Shown: positions 12,174-24,823 of the stretch, piece after piece | Numbering within the stretch: position 1 is the stretch's first letter | Layout: every line of letters begins with the position of its first letter | DNA from: Puccinia triticina | Lineage: Eukaryota | Assembly: GCA_026914245.1 (NCBI GenBank) | Contig: CP110440.1 | Coordinates: 2,170,001-2,234,000, forward strand | Direction of reading: 5' to 3' | DNA: 64,000 nt | Notes under the pieces: model-generated | What the model saw: the letters and a program-made list of their open reading frames with translations, nothing else | What the model was told of the DNA's origin: nothing | The model's database searches: none | Position numbers and translations under genes: made by a program

Positions 12174-13389
12174 TTATAAGAAACTCTTGAGAAGATTGTG
12201 AACATCCTGGACAGTTTTCAATCTGTACTGTGCAGAGGTGTGGGTGTGTGGGTCGTCTTTGAGAATCTTATCCTTGACAATCACAGTGTGGAAGAATCCA
12301 AGCCCAGCATCATTTGCCCAAACCATTGCTCGAAACATGCCCTCATCAGTTTCCTGATCACCTATTGCAATTCCATCTGTGTATGTATTGGCTTGCAGCA
12401 AGTGGGCTACAAGAGTTCCTTTATTGGCTTCTTTGTGTTTGACTTCCCCATAGGCTCCAGGAGGCTCTAGTCTGAGCATGTAGTCAGGGTATCTTGTTAG
12501 GATTTCTCTTACTTCAGAAACCACAATGTTTTCAAAGGTACCCTCTGTGATCAACATGAATAATTCAGTAGATACTCCATTGAATTTTTTTTATTTGCAC
12601 TGGTGACTCACTGTGTTCATCCTTGTACATATATGCTGCAAGGTTTTCTGCAGGGAACACTTTCATCCCATATTGGTCTGAAATGGTGAGGAATGCACAA
12701 AGATTTACCATTTGTGTCAGTTCAAAGTATTGCCACCAATATAGAGCCTAAGACTGGAGCAACCTTTATATTTCGGAACTAGACCTAGCATTTCTTTTCG
12801 AAGGTCTGGTACTGAAGGGTGCAGAGCTCTCAACTCAATTTTTCCCTGACCAGGTGGTGAGATGCGCAGTACTGTTCCATGCTCTGCCGCTATGTTCAGG
12901 TGAGGAATATCCATGTATGGCTCTAGGCCCTTCAGACCTCTTGCAGTGTTTACCCAAACTTCGTTGTTTTGGTTTGCAGCCAAAGCTGTGAGTAGTAGAC
13001 GGGCTTTGTCAAAATCTTCTTTGCCCTTGATTAGTACCCCCTTTTGACATGGTAAGGTGGTGAAATTGATGGATTGTACTGTGATCAGTGACTCTGCACC
13101 GTGTAAATCCACTCAAGGGGAAGTATGATTAACTCACATCATTGTCAAGAACAATAAATGTTTTGCCTTGGCCTTGCGGTTTGAAATCACCTGGTCTTAT
13201 GAAGGTAACTTTGGACACAGTGTGTGCATTTGGCTTTGAAAAGAACGAGGTCATACCAACGTATGGGTTGAAGCCATTGGCACCAAGAAAGTGCGGGTTA
13301 CGAAGGACCAGGCCGTTAGTGGCAAATGTGGTGGGTGAGAGGTTTACAAGAGTTAAGACTGCCAGGATGAGGCAATACATTGTAGACAT
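12174..13389 (-). CDS. Secreted HAD-superfamily phosphatase, trehalose-6-phosphate phosphatase-like; 4 exons (about 13389-13138, 13040-12763, 12677-12612, 12545-12174)
   Basis: Signal-peptide-like MSTMYCLILAVLTLVNLSPTTFA. GT-AG splicing restores VLDND|GVL (motif I). Also WVNTARG (II), AAEHG, EVKHKEANKG (III) and IGDQETDEGMF (IV). All three introns keep phase. TATAAATA lies about 70 bp upstream. Confidence 0.85.
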
Positions 13390-15139
13390 TGGATTTATCT
13401 GATGCAGGTGGCTGATCATCGATGAAGGACGCACTCCAGGGGTTGGCATCTCAACTATTTATAGCGGTGACCTGGTCCTCTAGGTCCTCGGATTGATTTC
13501 AGTCAACATTTGGCAGGACCCGAGGTCGAATCAAACTACACGAAGGTGATTTCTTGTTCCGATATGCCAAGCTCCGAGCTGACCCGCGAGCGGGGAAGAT
13601 GTTGTATAAATGCACCGCGGGACTGCCCCGCGTGAATTGAGACCTTCATGACAGGACCCGACAGTCTCCGTGACAGGTTGTGACATGGTACGATGGGTCG
13701 CCCCGCCTCTGCAAAGCACAAAGCCTGGCGTTTCTCCTTGGTAGGCCGTCCAGCCGCCATCGGTGCGTATGTATAGATGCCGTCCAAAGAATACGCCCAC
13801 ATGACCGCCGCGCCCGTGGGTCGTCGCCAATGCGCATGTGATTTAAGGAGATGCCTGCGCGGGTGGGGACAACAAAAACGCCAATCTCGGGCCTCAAACT
13901 CCGAACCTATAATATTCCAGCTCAAGGTGCGCAAGCAATCGGCTACCAAGCATATTAGAAGTGAGTTGTTATGTAAACCGAGGAACTCTTTGTTACACCT
14001 AGAAAATAATCAGAATTTTCTCAACCATTTCAGAAACAGATTATCGCAGCAGTCAAAGATTAAAAACGCAAAAAACAAACACACGCAGCAATTGAGTTGT
14101 TTCTTCGAGCGCTCAGATAGCAAGATGTCGGAAAGCACCAAAAATAATATCTTCACTGCTTGGAGACGGATGCGACACCTGGGCGGTACTCGTTGATGCC
14201 GAACGCGCGCAGCCGTGTGTCGATCGTGGGCCATTGAGGTCGCAGAAGTGCATAATCTTGCGCGGATCTCTCGCTCAATCAAGAGGCTCTAGATTGATGC
14301 AGTAGGTTCAGGGAATGTTGGCAGGACCTTCAAGGAAGTCATCCCCATTGCCCAGTTGTTAAGAGTACACTACCTCATGAACATGTTCATCTATTTACAA
14401 GTCTCAATTTAGGTTTACAAACTCTTGCAGTAAATCACTCACTGTAGATCAGATAGAGCATCCCTCCTAATACCTCTCATCCTTTTTTCTTTCAAAAAAA
14501 ATAGTTTTGGTTCATTGTGATTGACAAGGTGAAGAAGGAGGTACTAAGAATCACACAAATACTTGGTTGAGATGAGAATTGTGAGAATTGGAAGACTTGT
14601 GGTTTGAATTAAATCATTAGTCAACTCATGGTGATCTTCATGAGAAAGAAGGAAACAGGAGATTATAATTTTGTCAAACGCTTAAGTACCTTAAGTGCAG
14701 TGGTAGAGCAAGGAGACAGTTTTTTCAGTGATACAACTAGTGTATGACAACAAAACTAATAGGAAAAGAAAAAGGCCCAAGAAGAACAAGAGTGCAGAAC
14801 AAGTTCATTGCAAGCTGTTGATGATAACAGAGAAGAGCAGAGATAGAGTGATGAAGGGGTGTGGTGAGTTGGTCTAGGGCCTGTTTGGCCGTGGGGCGGA
14901 ATCTTAATCTGAACTCACGGTCCCCCAAAAAATTAAGATTCTGCCAAGATTCAGAATCTTGCAACATGAGATTTTTGTGAGATTCCCAAAAAGCGTTTGG
15001 CTGCCCAATCTGGCAAAAATCTCCAATCAGAGATCTCACCAGCCACCAAAGGCAGATTACACTGAGATACAGCTATTTTGCTGTATCTCAACACCAAATC
15101 ACAATCTCATAGCTCCCTTGGAGCTTTGAGATTTACCAA

Positions 15140-16620
15140 AAACCCTCTTCATGGGTCTGTACCAGTCATCAACAACCCTCTCAATGACCAGTCTGACTGG
15201 TAATCAAGAGGAATCAAAACTCTTGATGACCAATCTGACTGGTCATTGAGAGGGATCAAACCTCTTGATGAAACCTCTCAATGACCAGTTTGACCGGTCA
15301 TTGAGAGAATCAACCCTCTTAATGACAAGTCAGGTCAGTCATCAAGAGAATCAACCCTCTCAATGACCAGTCAGGTTGGTCATTGTCAGCCAGGCTACTA
15401 CAATAAGTTAGAGCCCGGCTAACTATTTTATTTAGTAACATTAAAAAATATAAATACCCTTTTTGTATCATCAGTAGCGGCACAGAGCACCGCGCATTTT
15501 ATGATTGAATATTGAGTGCGGCGCAGAGCACCGCTCAAAAAGAATATTCATTATGTATCCCCTCGGCTGCAGGATAGAGTTGAGGAGATATTGAAAGAAC
15601 TCCTGCCGAAAGAACCAGCCGGAGAAAGAACGTATCTATGTTCAAAAACCTGTTCTCAGGCCAAGAGAACGGGTTTGCAATTCTGGAAACTAAACAAACA
15701 ACAATTGAAAGATCAATTGGAAACGGCCGGAGGAGAGTAGCAAAGAAGTAAACTACTGCTTCTCCCGCGGCCAAAGATGAACTACCTGAAAACAACACAT
15801 AGAGTAGAAATCTTCTTTTTATTGACCAAGGAAGAGCAATACTTGTCGTTGAGTAAAATGGACAGGAGTGATGCAAGTAATAGAACACTCAACCACTCAT
15901 GTCCTAACTAGTCTTTCCCGCGGCTGAGAAGCCGTGAGGAATTTGCAAAACAAGAAGTCAACCCCACCGGTCGCGGCAAGAATATATAAAGGGAGGCTTT
16001 CAAGCGAGTAAAAGCCTCCCCAGATTCATACCAACCACCTCGTCGCCATACCAGCCCCGCCCTAGTCTACCCGACCAGCTCGCCTGCCTGTTATTGCTCC
16101 AAATTTGGTTCTTTGAGTCGTTTGTTGTCCTTTTTGCGGACCCTCTTCACGAGTAAGTCCGCTGTTTCCTTTTTCTACCGGGATTATATCCCAAATCCAC
16201 CTCCTGGGAACGTTTTCAACGTTCTAAATACCCCCTTAACTGGGCCATAGACGTCTCAGGCTTTAAAACACCTCTGCGCACGCGTGCGCAGACCCTGTAA
16301 GACTTTCAGAGGGCAATTAAACACCCCAGGCGCTCCTGGCCCCTCCGTTAAACCCCTTTTTGGGTTTATTAAAATAACTTTAAAGTTATTTTTCACCTTT
16401 TACCGTGCTTTTGCCGGGATCACCACCGCACCGCTGCGCAGTCACCGGTGTAGCTAGAAGAGTACGTATACTCTTGGCATCACCGCGCCTGACAGTCATC
16501 AAGAGGAATCAAACCTCTCAATGACCAGTCAGAGTTCATCAAGAGTAATCAAAACTCTTGATGACCAATCAAACCGTTCATCAAGAGGAATCAACCTACT
16601 CAATGAAAAGTCCTACTGGT
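15140..16620. repeat. Degenerate ~40-bp palindromic minisatellite split by a solo LTR
   Basis: Units like CTCTCAATGACCAGTCTGACTGGTCATTGAGAG on both sides of 15384-16494. Confidence 0.8.
15384..16494 (+). mobile_element. Solo LTR (1111 bp)
   Basis: TGTCAG..CTGACA termini, perfect 5-bp TSD GTCAT (15379-15383 and 16495-16499), TATATAAA near 15983. Confidence 0.88.
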
Positions 16621-16977
16621 GTGGTGTGCTGTGCCTGTTGCAATGCCAAAAGCACATATGCAAAGGTATTGTGATAGTACAGTTACATACTGTGAGAATG
16701 CACGCCTAGTTCTCTGAATTCTTTCACATACATGTGAAACCCATTATACAAAAAGGAGCCAGTCTTACACAATAGTCACAACATTTACATACATTGTGGT
16801 GAGATAAATCAACCATCAACAGCATTAAAATAGTATAGTTTTAAATATTATAGTACATTACAAATTACATATTAAATATCTTTAGTACAAATCCTTTACA
16901 TTAAATCTTTTCTCTCAGATTTCACATTTTATTTTCACCCAGAGAACCTGTGAAAGTCCACTAAGCAGGAATCAATC

Positions 16978-19900
16978 ATGCCACAAATTAGCACAGTTAA
17001 TCATTAGTTTCACACGCAGATTCATGCTCATACTAGGCGCACAGCCTCCAGAAGCTGCATGGGAATTGTCCACCAATGTGCACCAACATTACGCAATCAA
17101 CAAGCCCCAGCCAACCTACAGCCACCCAACCACAATAATGAACCATTGGCAATGCGGCCTGACTTGCTTCTTTAACCTCCCCGGCCAGCCCAAGATACCC
17201 AGCCCCCTCCACATGATCCAGTACCCAAAGAGCATCACTATGGCCATTTTCATGATGACAAGGAACGCAACACTGACCCCTCTCTTCTTTCCCCTGAGAT
17301 GGTCACACAGTACGCTATCAGAAGGGACACGCTCTCATGGAAATCAATCAAAAACGCAATGACTGCTTCATATTTTACCTGCCAAAATCAAACCCAAAAC
17401 TGGACGAGCTCATCCAAGTACCTTGATCCCCTGGAAGATTGCGTGCGCACCATTTGCCGTCATTGGGCTGTAGATTTGATAAATACTCATGGCAAGTTAA
17501 TCATACCTAACCACTCTACCAACCACACATGTACTAACTGAACCCTCCTCTCTACAGATCGATTTGCCCAGCAGCACATTGAGTTTTGCTCATGCATCCC
17601 TGACGCCATACGACTGATGTACCATGGGTACATTGCCGCATCACCCACAGCTCCTTAAACAGCATTCGCCATACCCCTGGTCCAGCTTTACCAATCTCTG
17701 TGGCACGAGTCAGCTGTGCCATACACATCATTCATCAAAGGCCTTGTTTGTCATCAGGATACCCGCTCTGCCAAACCACTTTTAGCTCAGGGTTGTTCCA
17801 GGAATCTATGTGACATTCGCCTTCCATTTTTGCAAGCAATGGAAATCTACGGTCACATCCAAATCCTTTGCAAAGAGCTGCTGAATGCCACACTAGGGCT
17901 GGAAAATAAAGACTTATGGGCTTCCCAGTGCCCCTCTTGCTTTGGACCCAAAAAATCTGATGAAGTGAGTAGCTTGGATGGAACAGATGCCATTATAGCT
18001 ATGGATGGAAACTTCCAACATAGGCATCACCACTTCGCAAGTACTGATGTTCTTTCTGAGAGCGACTATCCATCAATTTTTATCACACCTTCACAAATCA
18101 ATACACATGAGAATCAAATACAATCTACCAATGAAGAAGCAGCGGGAGTTTGAGTGAGTTTCCATTCAAGTTCCATCTAATCTTTGCTGGTTGCATTTTT
18201 TCTGAATTTTGGGCACATATGTGTATCTGGTAGTCAACTTGCTCGGATTCTCACAAGGCTGCAAATGATGTTTGGAACTCAGCCTCTTGGGACAAATTTG
18301 ATGATACCGGGTTATTTGGGTGCTGTTGTCGCCATGACATACCCTTGAAACTGAACAACATTTAGGGAACCGGTGAAAAGTATGTACTTCCACAATAATC
18401 TCCCCGGGGCATTATGACTGTGACCTTTAGTTACCTGAATGTCTTAAACAGGCTTTACTATCCTATAAGAATACTTGATGATATCCTGAATGACTTTCCA
18501 AACAAGAAATTTGGACTCCTTTACAACATTGGGTGCCATTTAGATGTGCATGTCAAAAAGGTAAGTGCCAAAACAACTTTACTTGACTTCCGCCAATGGA
18601 TGAGCACTTCTTGATCCAACATCATATTCATTGTTATCAAACCAATTCACGCAAGACCTACTTGGCAATCACATTGATTGTGTTGCATTTGGAACTTCTG
18701 TTTTCCATGCATACGTTCATATCTGGGCATGTCAAATAAAGTATAATCCATGCTACAACACCGACTGGGGCCTAGCTGATGGTGAGGGGATGGAACGGCT
18801 GTGGTCACAATTGTTGGACCTTGTTGGCCCACTCCGAAGCGCAACACGTATTCATCCACTGCATGCAATTGCTTGCCAATGCAACTACTATACTTCAAAT
18901 CTGAAGCAAGGAGCTGGTGAGAAACATATTTGGATCAATTTTTGTACTGCGCTGCTCTTGTCACAGAAATTGATTTGTGCTTTCCAAAACTAAGTTGATT
19001 AGATGCATCGGCATCTTCAGCAGGCTATAGATAGCATGGAAGAATGACAAGTCAAACTGCAAGAGATCTATGGTTGGTTCAACCACTTCTCCGATGAGTG
19101 CTATACATCACAGTTCTTTGAAGCACAATGGATTGCGGAGAGGTCATACTATGGCAATAGAGATCATGTGAAGGAAGAACAGAAGATTGAGCTGGGAAAA
19201 CTACTTGCATTAGAACAGCATTTGATTGAAGAATGGTAAATATTGTAGCCTTTGCCTCTCCTAGCCCTATGTGCGCAGCTGTGCAATTGCAATTAACTTC
19301 TCAAGTTTGTGCTTTTATTTAGGGAGGAAACAAGATCTCCAGAGGAGTCTCTTGCACGTGTACGATCAATGTGGGAAATTCAACTCAAAATATAACAGCA
19401 GCATCAGCGCATTGGTGCCAACAAACTACTGGCTGGGCTCACACCTGAATCTGAATCACTCTTCCTTAAAGTTTGGTGGGCCAAAACCAATCTCAGACAG
19501 AAGTTCCTTGCTCTACTTGAGGAGAAGAGGCCCCTCGATGCCGTCCAAAAAGGTGTAGCCTCCAAATTGGGTTGGTGGTGTCCAGAAAAACTGTTGTTTG
19601 TTGCATTTAACATACATCACACTGAAATATTTATCTATTACAAACTATGTAGGGACCAACGGGAAAGAACGACTCATAATTGCCACACGCAAGCGGACTG
19701 CCGCCTTGCAAGCTGTCCTCAACACTTATAACCGCCACCTTGATGCATTTCACCTCGCTTTTCCGCAACTAACCACGCTAAAGAAAATCGAGTATGATGA
19801 GCTAATGAGCTTGGATGCAGACAGCTCATTTTGGAGCGACGGTGTGTTCACAAACAAAGAGGAGCCATGGGCTGTTGACGCTGACACTCAGGAAGGTATG

Positions 19901-20554
19901 CAACTACTTGCAGGTCTGACAAGATGTGAAGAAGAAGTGCGGCGAATCGGCCAGGAGATCCGCAGGGCTGCTTGTTGGGCAATCACCAAACACAACCAAA
20001 TAACTCCTTTGATGTTTGGGCTCACCTCCGAAATGGACTGGGCAAATGCAAGGCTTCAACCTGTCATGAATCATTCAATCTTACAGACATTGTCAAGTGA
20101 TGATGATCAATTATATGCAATCAAAGCCATCCTCCACAACCACTTTATCAAGCTATCATCCCTACAGTTGCACTGGAACACCAAGTTGGTTTCCCTTGTA
20201 TCTGCTTCAGGGCCTTATGAAAATGATAACAAACTAATAAATGATTGGAACAATAAACTTGTGCGCCTAACAATTCTAAAAGCAAGTGGACACTTATCAA
20301 TGGTTGCTGGTGATTTCAACAATGCCATCAGCAACACCTTGGACAATGTCGATGAAGCAGCTCTCCAAAACTTCCTTACCCAAGATTTCAACGGTGGTGC
20401 TGCTCCTACTAATTCTCAGGATGGACAACATGACAAGGATGAAAACAATGAACTTCTAGCCCCAAATGCGGATCAATTTGAGCTTTCTCTAGAGCAAGAG
20501 GCTCTGACAAATGCCCTGGCAAACGGTGCGTGTTTTCCATGCTTTAGGAGCTAA
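16978..20554 (+). pseudogene. CxC1-KDZ (Kyakuja-Dileera-Zisupton) transposase, spliced, with several stops
   Basis: Segments FCSCIPDAIRLMYHGY, QCPSCFGP, AMDGNFQHRH, GLFGCCCRHDIPL, LLYNIGCHL, SVFHAYVH..CQIKYNP and GLADGEGMERLWS are typical KDZ motifs. In-frame stops are present. Confidence 0.9.
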
Positions 20555-20705
20555 GAAGAACAATAGTTAAACTATGCTAATCTACCTATCTTGCTATGCT
20601 TTAACCCACAGAGATCTGAAATAGGTTTGCAACATGAATAGTTACTATATCCTGTATTGCATCAGTTTGAACAGTTACGTTACAGGTTTTTCTAGCATGC
20701 GCATA

Positions 20706-23188
20706 CACCAGGGGGGAATGTGTGGCACTCTCTAGAGAGTGCCAAGCCGTATGTTTCTGTGGGAAAGCTGATTGATTTCAACTGTGTGAGCATGTGTGAT
20801 GCAGGCTTCAAATATGTTGAACTTATGTTCAATTAAGGCTGATCATAGATCCACTCCATGGTGTACACACTGGCAATTCAGTGGAGGGTACCTCCACTTG
20901 ATGCTTGGTAAACTCTTGAATTCTACACTTACTGGTGTGTATCAGCCATCAAGGTGAGACACCCTCCGCTCAATGATTGGGGTGTACAGCCATTGAGTGG
21001 AGATACCCTCCAATTTATGACTGTTGGACAACCATTGAGTGGAGGGTGTATCCACTCAATTAACATATGCACATTACCAGCTACATATCAAGTGAAGACA
21101 TACTGCACTTGATAACCGGTGGTGAATGCCATTGAGTGGAGGGATTCTCCACTCAATGACTGGTGTGTACTGGACATTGAGTGGAGGGGTTCTCCACTAG
21201 GTGATTGGTGTCTACCAGCCATTGAGCGGAGACACCCTCCAATTGATGACAGGTCACTGGGGTGGGAATAACCCGCCTCAATGACCAGCCCTACATGGGA
21301 GTCATTGCGTCTTACCTTTCCATGTTTGACGGAGAGGTATGTGCTGTACATTGCGCTGGGAGAGTCCCGGCTCAATGAGCAGTACATACCGTCCATCCAG
21401 CTGCGCTTTTCCGAGCTAGGTGGCTAGTATATATGCCTACCATGCTTGGAAAGGTTGGCTTGATGACCAGAATGTGCTGGTCATTGGGCTAAGGCTTCCC
21501 TGGCTTGATGACCAGGTGCTGGCCATTGTCTTTGAGTTCGGAGACGCCGCAGATTGATTACTGGGGCATTATAGCCATCAAGCGCGGCCTCTCCCCACTC
21601 GATGACCAGTTTGTGCTGGCCATCAAGTTTGAGGAGGCCTAGATCAATGACCAGAACATACTGGTCATTGATCTTGGGTTTTCCGAGCTCTGTAGGCAGC
21701 ACATACTGGTCATGGAGGCTGGGAAAGCCAGCCTCAATGACCAGTATGTGTTTTACTGTTGAGGGTGGGGGCTTTCCCAGCTCGATGATAGCAAGCAGGG
21801 CTCGGTGAGTCTGGGTACATCGGCACCTTGCAAATGTCCTCCCTGATGTTTGGCCAAACATGACGGTGGACATTGCAGAAACAAATCAACACTCCCCGGG
21901 GGCACACGGGGATGCAGGGCTGATCTCTGTTGTCCCTCCGCAGCTGCTAGTGACTTATGCCCACCTTGAAACTCCCTAATTTTTTTTTGGTGCTTTTAAC
22001 CACATATACATGGGTGCAAATGCTCCTCCTCCAATGTGAATTATGTTGATTGATCTGGTTAAAGCAGGTACTACTACAAAGTGCATCAGTGTTATCTAAG
22101 AACTTGGCAACTACGTACCATGTCATAATAGCAATCAACACCATGTTATTGCACAATGCCCATCAACATGATGGTACCTGTGATGAAAGCATGCTACCTG
22201 TAGGAACAAATTGGCGGAAAATTTCAGGGAAAAGATGTGAAGATACTCAATCTACAAGACAAAAGGTTTTACCAATGCTGGGATATGCATGGGCATTTCA
22301 GAATTCACTGTTCACCTTGGATTTCTCAGACCAGTTTCTGAATTTTTTTGCCTGCTGGTTCCAGGATCCCTGAAATATTGATGAACCTGTTTATATCCGC
22401 CAATCTACCCACCTTCTCTTGATAAACTTGATTAATTTCACAACTAGCCACATTTTGTAGTCAGGTGGCGGTAAAACTATGAAAATTTTGCAATGTGTAT
22501 TCTCATATGCCAGGTGTAGTACAAAAATAACAGCTGATGACACTTCAAACTTTACCTTTCATGAGTATTCCATCCTTTGTTAAACATGGTAGGGAAAACA
22601 GCCCCTGTTATTGTTCACATTTCATGGCATTGAAATGTGGAAAGTTATAAGTTACACAGCTTTTCCCAGCTTTGGCACTGTTTGAGACTCAAAGAATAGA
22701 CATTTGGTTTTAACATCACTTACCTCCCAATTTGTTACAGGAATAGGCATGAAAGAAACATGCCGGAAGGATTCATCTACCACTTGGTTGAGAATTTGGA
22801 GTTGCTAAATTTTATATCTTTTTTTCCACAATCTCATTTTACATGTGTTTTGAATGAAAGAAATCAGCTCTCCAAAATATTCCTTGTCACTTAGTCAAGG
22901 ATATTTTTAGCATAAGTATAGTCAAATGCTTGGCACCACATCTTGTGCATTGAAGTTAACATCCAGAATGTGATCCAGATTGAACAGAAAAACAATTTCA
23001 CAAGAGAGATTTTCATGTGTTGGCGTTGAGGGAGATCAGTTGGAAACAACTTCACCAAGAGTTACACTTGGATTGAGAAGAAAGTTGAGCAAAGGGTTAC
23101 AGTTGAAATTGAACTCACATCAGACCATTTGAAGGATAAAATTACGGTCTGGCACTCTCTAGAGAGTGCCACACATTCCCCCCTGGTG
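20706..23188. mobile_element. Non-autonomous TIR element (CACCAGG ends, 2483 bp)
   Basis: Perfect 39-bp TIR CACCAGGGGGGAATGTGTGGCACTCTCTAGAGAGTGCCA, 3-bp TSD ATA, palindromic arrays at about 20870-21790. Confidence 0.9.
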
Positions 23189-24026
23189 ATAGTTACCACA
23201 CAATGTAACATGATTTTTATTTACAATGAGTACGTGTGTTGAGTGAGTTAAGAAAGGATGAGTGTGTATGAGGAGACAGAAAGCGATGATGTCAGTTGTA
23301 GAGAGAGGTAAATTAATCCCTGCACTGGCAGAGCTCCTTATGGTTGACCTTGTCAGTAAAAGCCTTGGCAACAGCGGGATCGCTACACCGCAACAGCGAG
23401 GCGGACAAGTTATGCTGGTTTATTCACCAATGCTGGGTGAGACCCAGGCAGCAAACAAGAAGGAAAATCGAGCAATCGCGGCCTTCCAGCAGGCTGTGGC
23501 CTATTGCAACGCCAACGGCCAGTCAGTCGACATTGCTGTATCAGGTGATCCGCTGGGTCAGCCAAGGCAAGAAGAGGCGGGCCTTGATAATTATGGAGCG
23601 GTGGCTGATGGACACTGTATCTGGCATCGCTGGCAAGGTCGGAGCAGCCAGAGAGGAAGGGATGAGGAACAGACAATCAGAACTGAGAGCTTAGATCAAT
23701 TCACAAAGAGTCAAAGCAACATAGCCGTGGGGAGAACCAATAGACCACCTTGAAGAGTCAATCAAATGACCCGAGAAATCATGCATTGCCTCGGGCAAGT
23801 GATATTCCAGCTTATTCATTCCTTTCTTTTCTAGCAGTTCCGATAGCTCGCAGGTGCGCTTCCGAACTGATCCTGCTGGCGCGGGGATTGAGGATAGCTC
23901 GTAGATACGTTCCCGAGTGGAATCGCATTGGTGACCAACGTAAGAAGGGTGATTTTGCCGAGCAAGGTGATAAGACAAATTCACGCGCGCATATTGTCCT
24001 GTACGAGTCCAATGGGTGGTGGCCTA

Positions 24027-24823
24027 TAAAAGAATTCAGATGACTGAGATAATATTTCTTGTTAGGAAAAGGTCTATCTGACAATCTCAGAGACATAGAA
24101 GAAAAAGGAAACAAGAAGTATATACCTGAGAGCGGAACTGTAGCCGGCTCTGGTATAAAGAAAACAAGTAGAAACTTTTGACTGTTATGCAGCTTTGACC
24201 ACGAAATCATGGTATGAACGGTCCTGCTTGAGGACAGCAGCTGAGACGGAAGTCAGCGCTTGGACTTCCCGGTGGGAAGCTAAATAACGGAGACAATTCT
24301 CTTACGTTAGCTCGTTTAGGCTTGCGACCTTATAGTCCGCCGATACGAGTGCGCAGTGTGCCGTGATTGTTCGGGTCTGCTGTATTAACAGCACCTCACA
24401 TCAGCTCTTGGCTACACTGGTTTATTGAACACTACATCGATGGACTTACCGCTCGTAGAGCTGGTGATCCTATCGATGAAGCTAGGGACGCTGAGGTCTG
24501 ATTCGGCTTCGGGTGCGTGCTTGCTGAGACAGAAACAATTCCATTGTTTATCAGCGGCAGACCTCTCGGCTAAGGGCAATCCCAATGAGCATCACTCACC
24601 TGTTTGGTCGTGTGCTTCTGTTGGGATGCTTAGGCTCTTCGTTGGTTGTTGACGTGGCTATAGAATATGAACAGAGTTTCAGCTTTAGCTTACTCCTTCC
24701 GTCTAGGAGTCACATGCATATGCATGGACCTAAGGGATGCGCGGACTTACCGTTCCCCCTTGCGGGGTTAGGGTTTCGTTCCTTGCGCTTCCTTTGACCC
24801 GGGACAAGCCCTAGGTCTTGACA
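24027..24823 (-). repeat. Copia 3' LTR (TG..TA)
   Basis: Near-identical to 28623-29419, with about 11 transitions seen. Confidence 0.95.

Noticed and set aside
13500..14300. Overlapping short ORFs upstream of the phosphatase
   Set aside because: No motifs; probably promoter or intergenic DNA.
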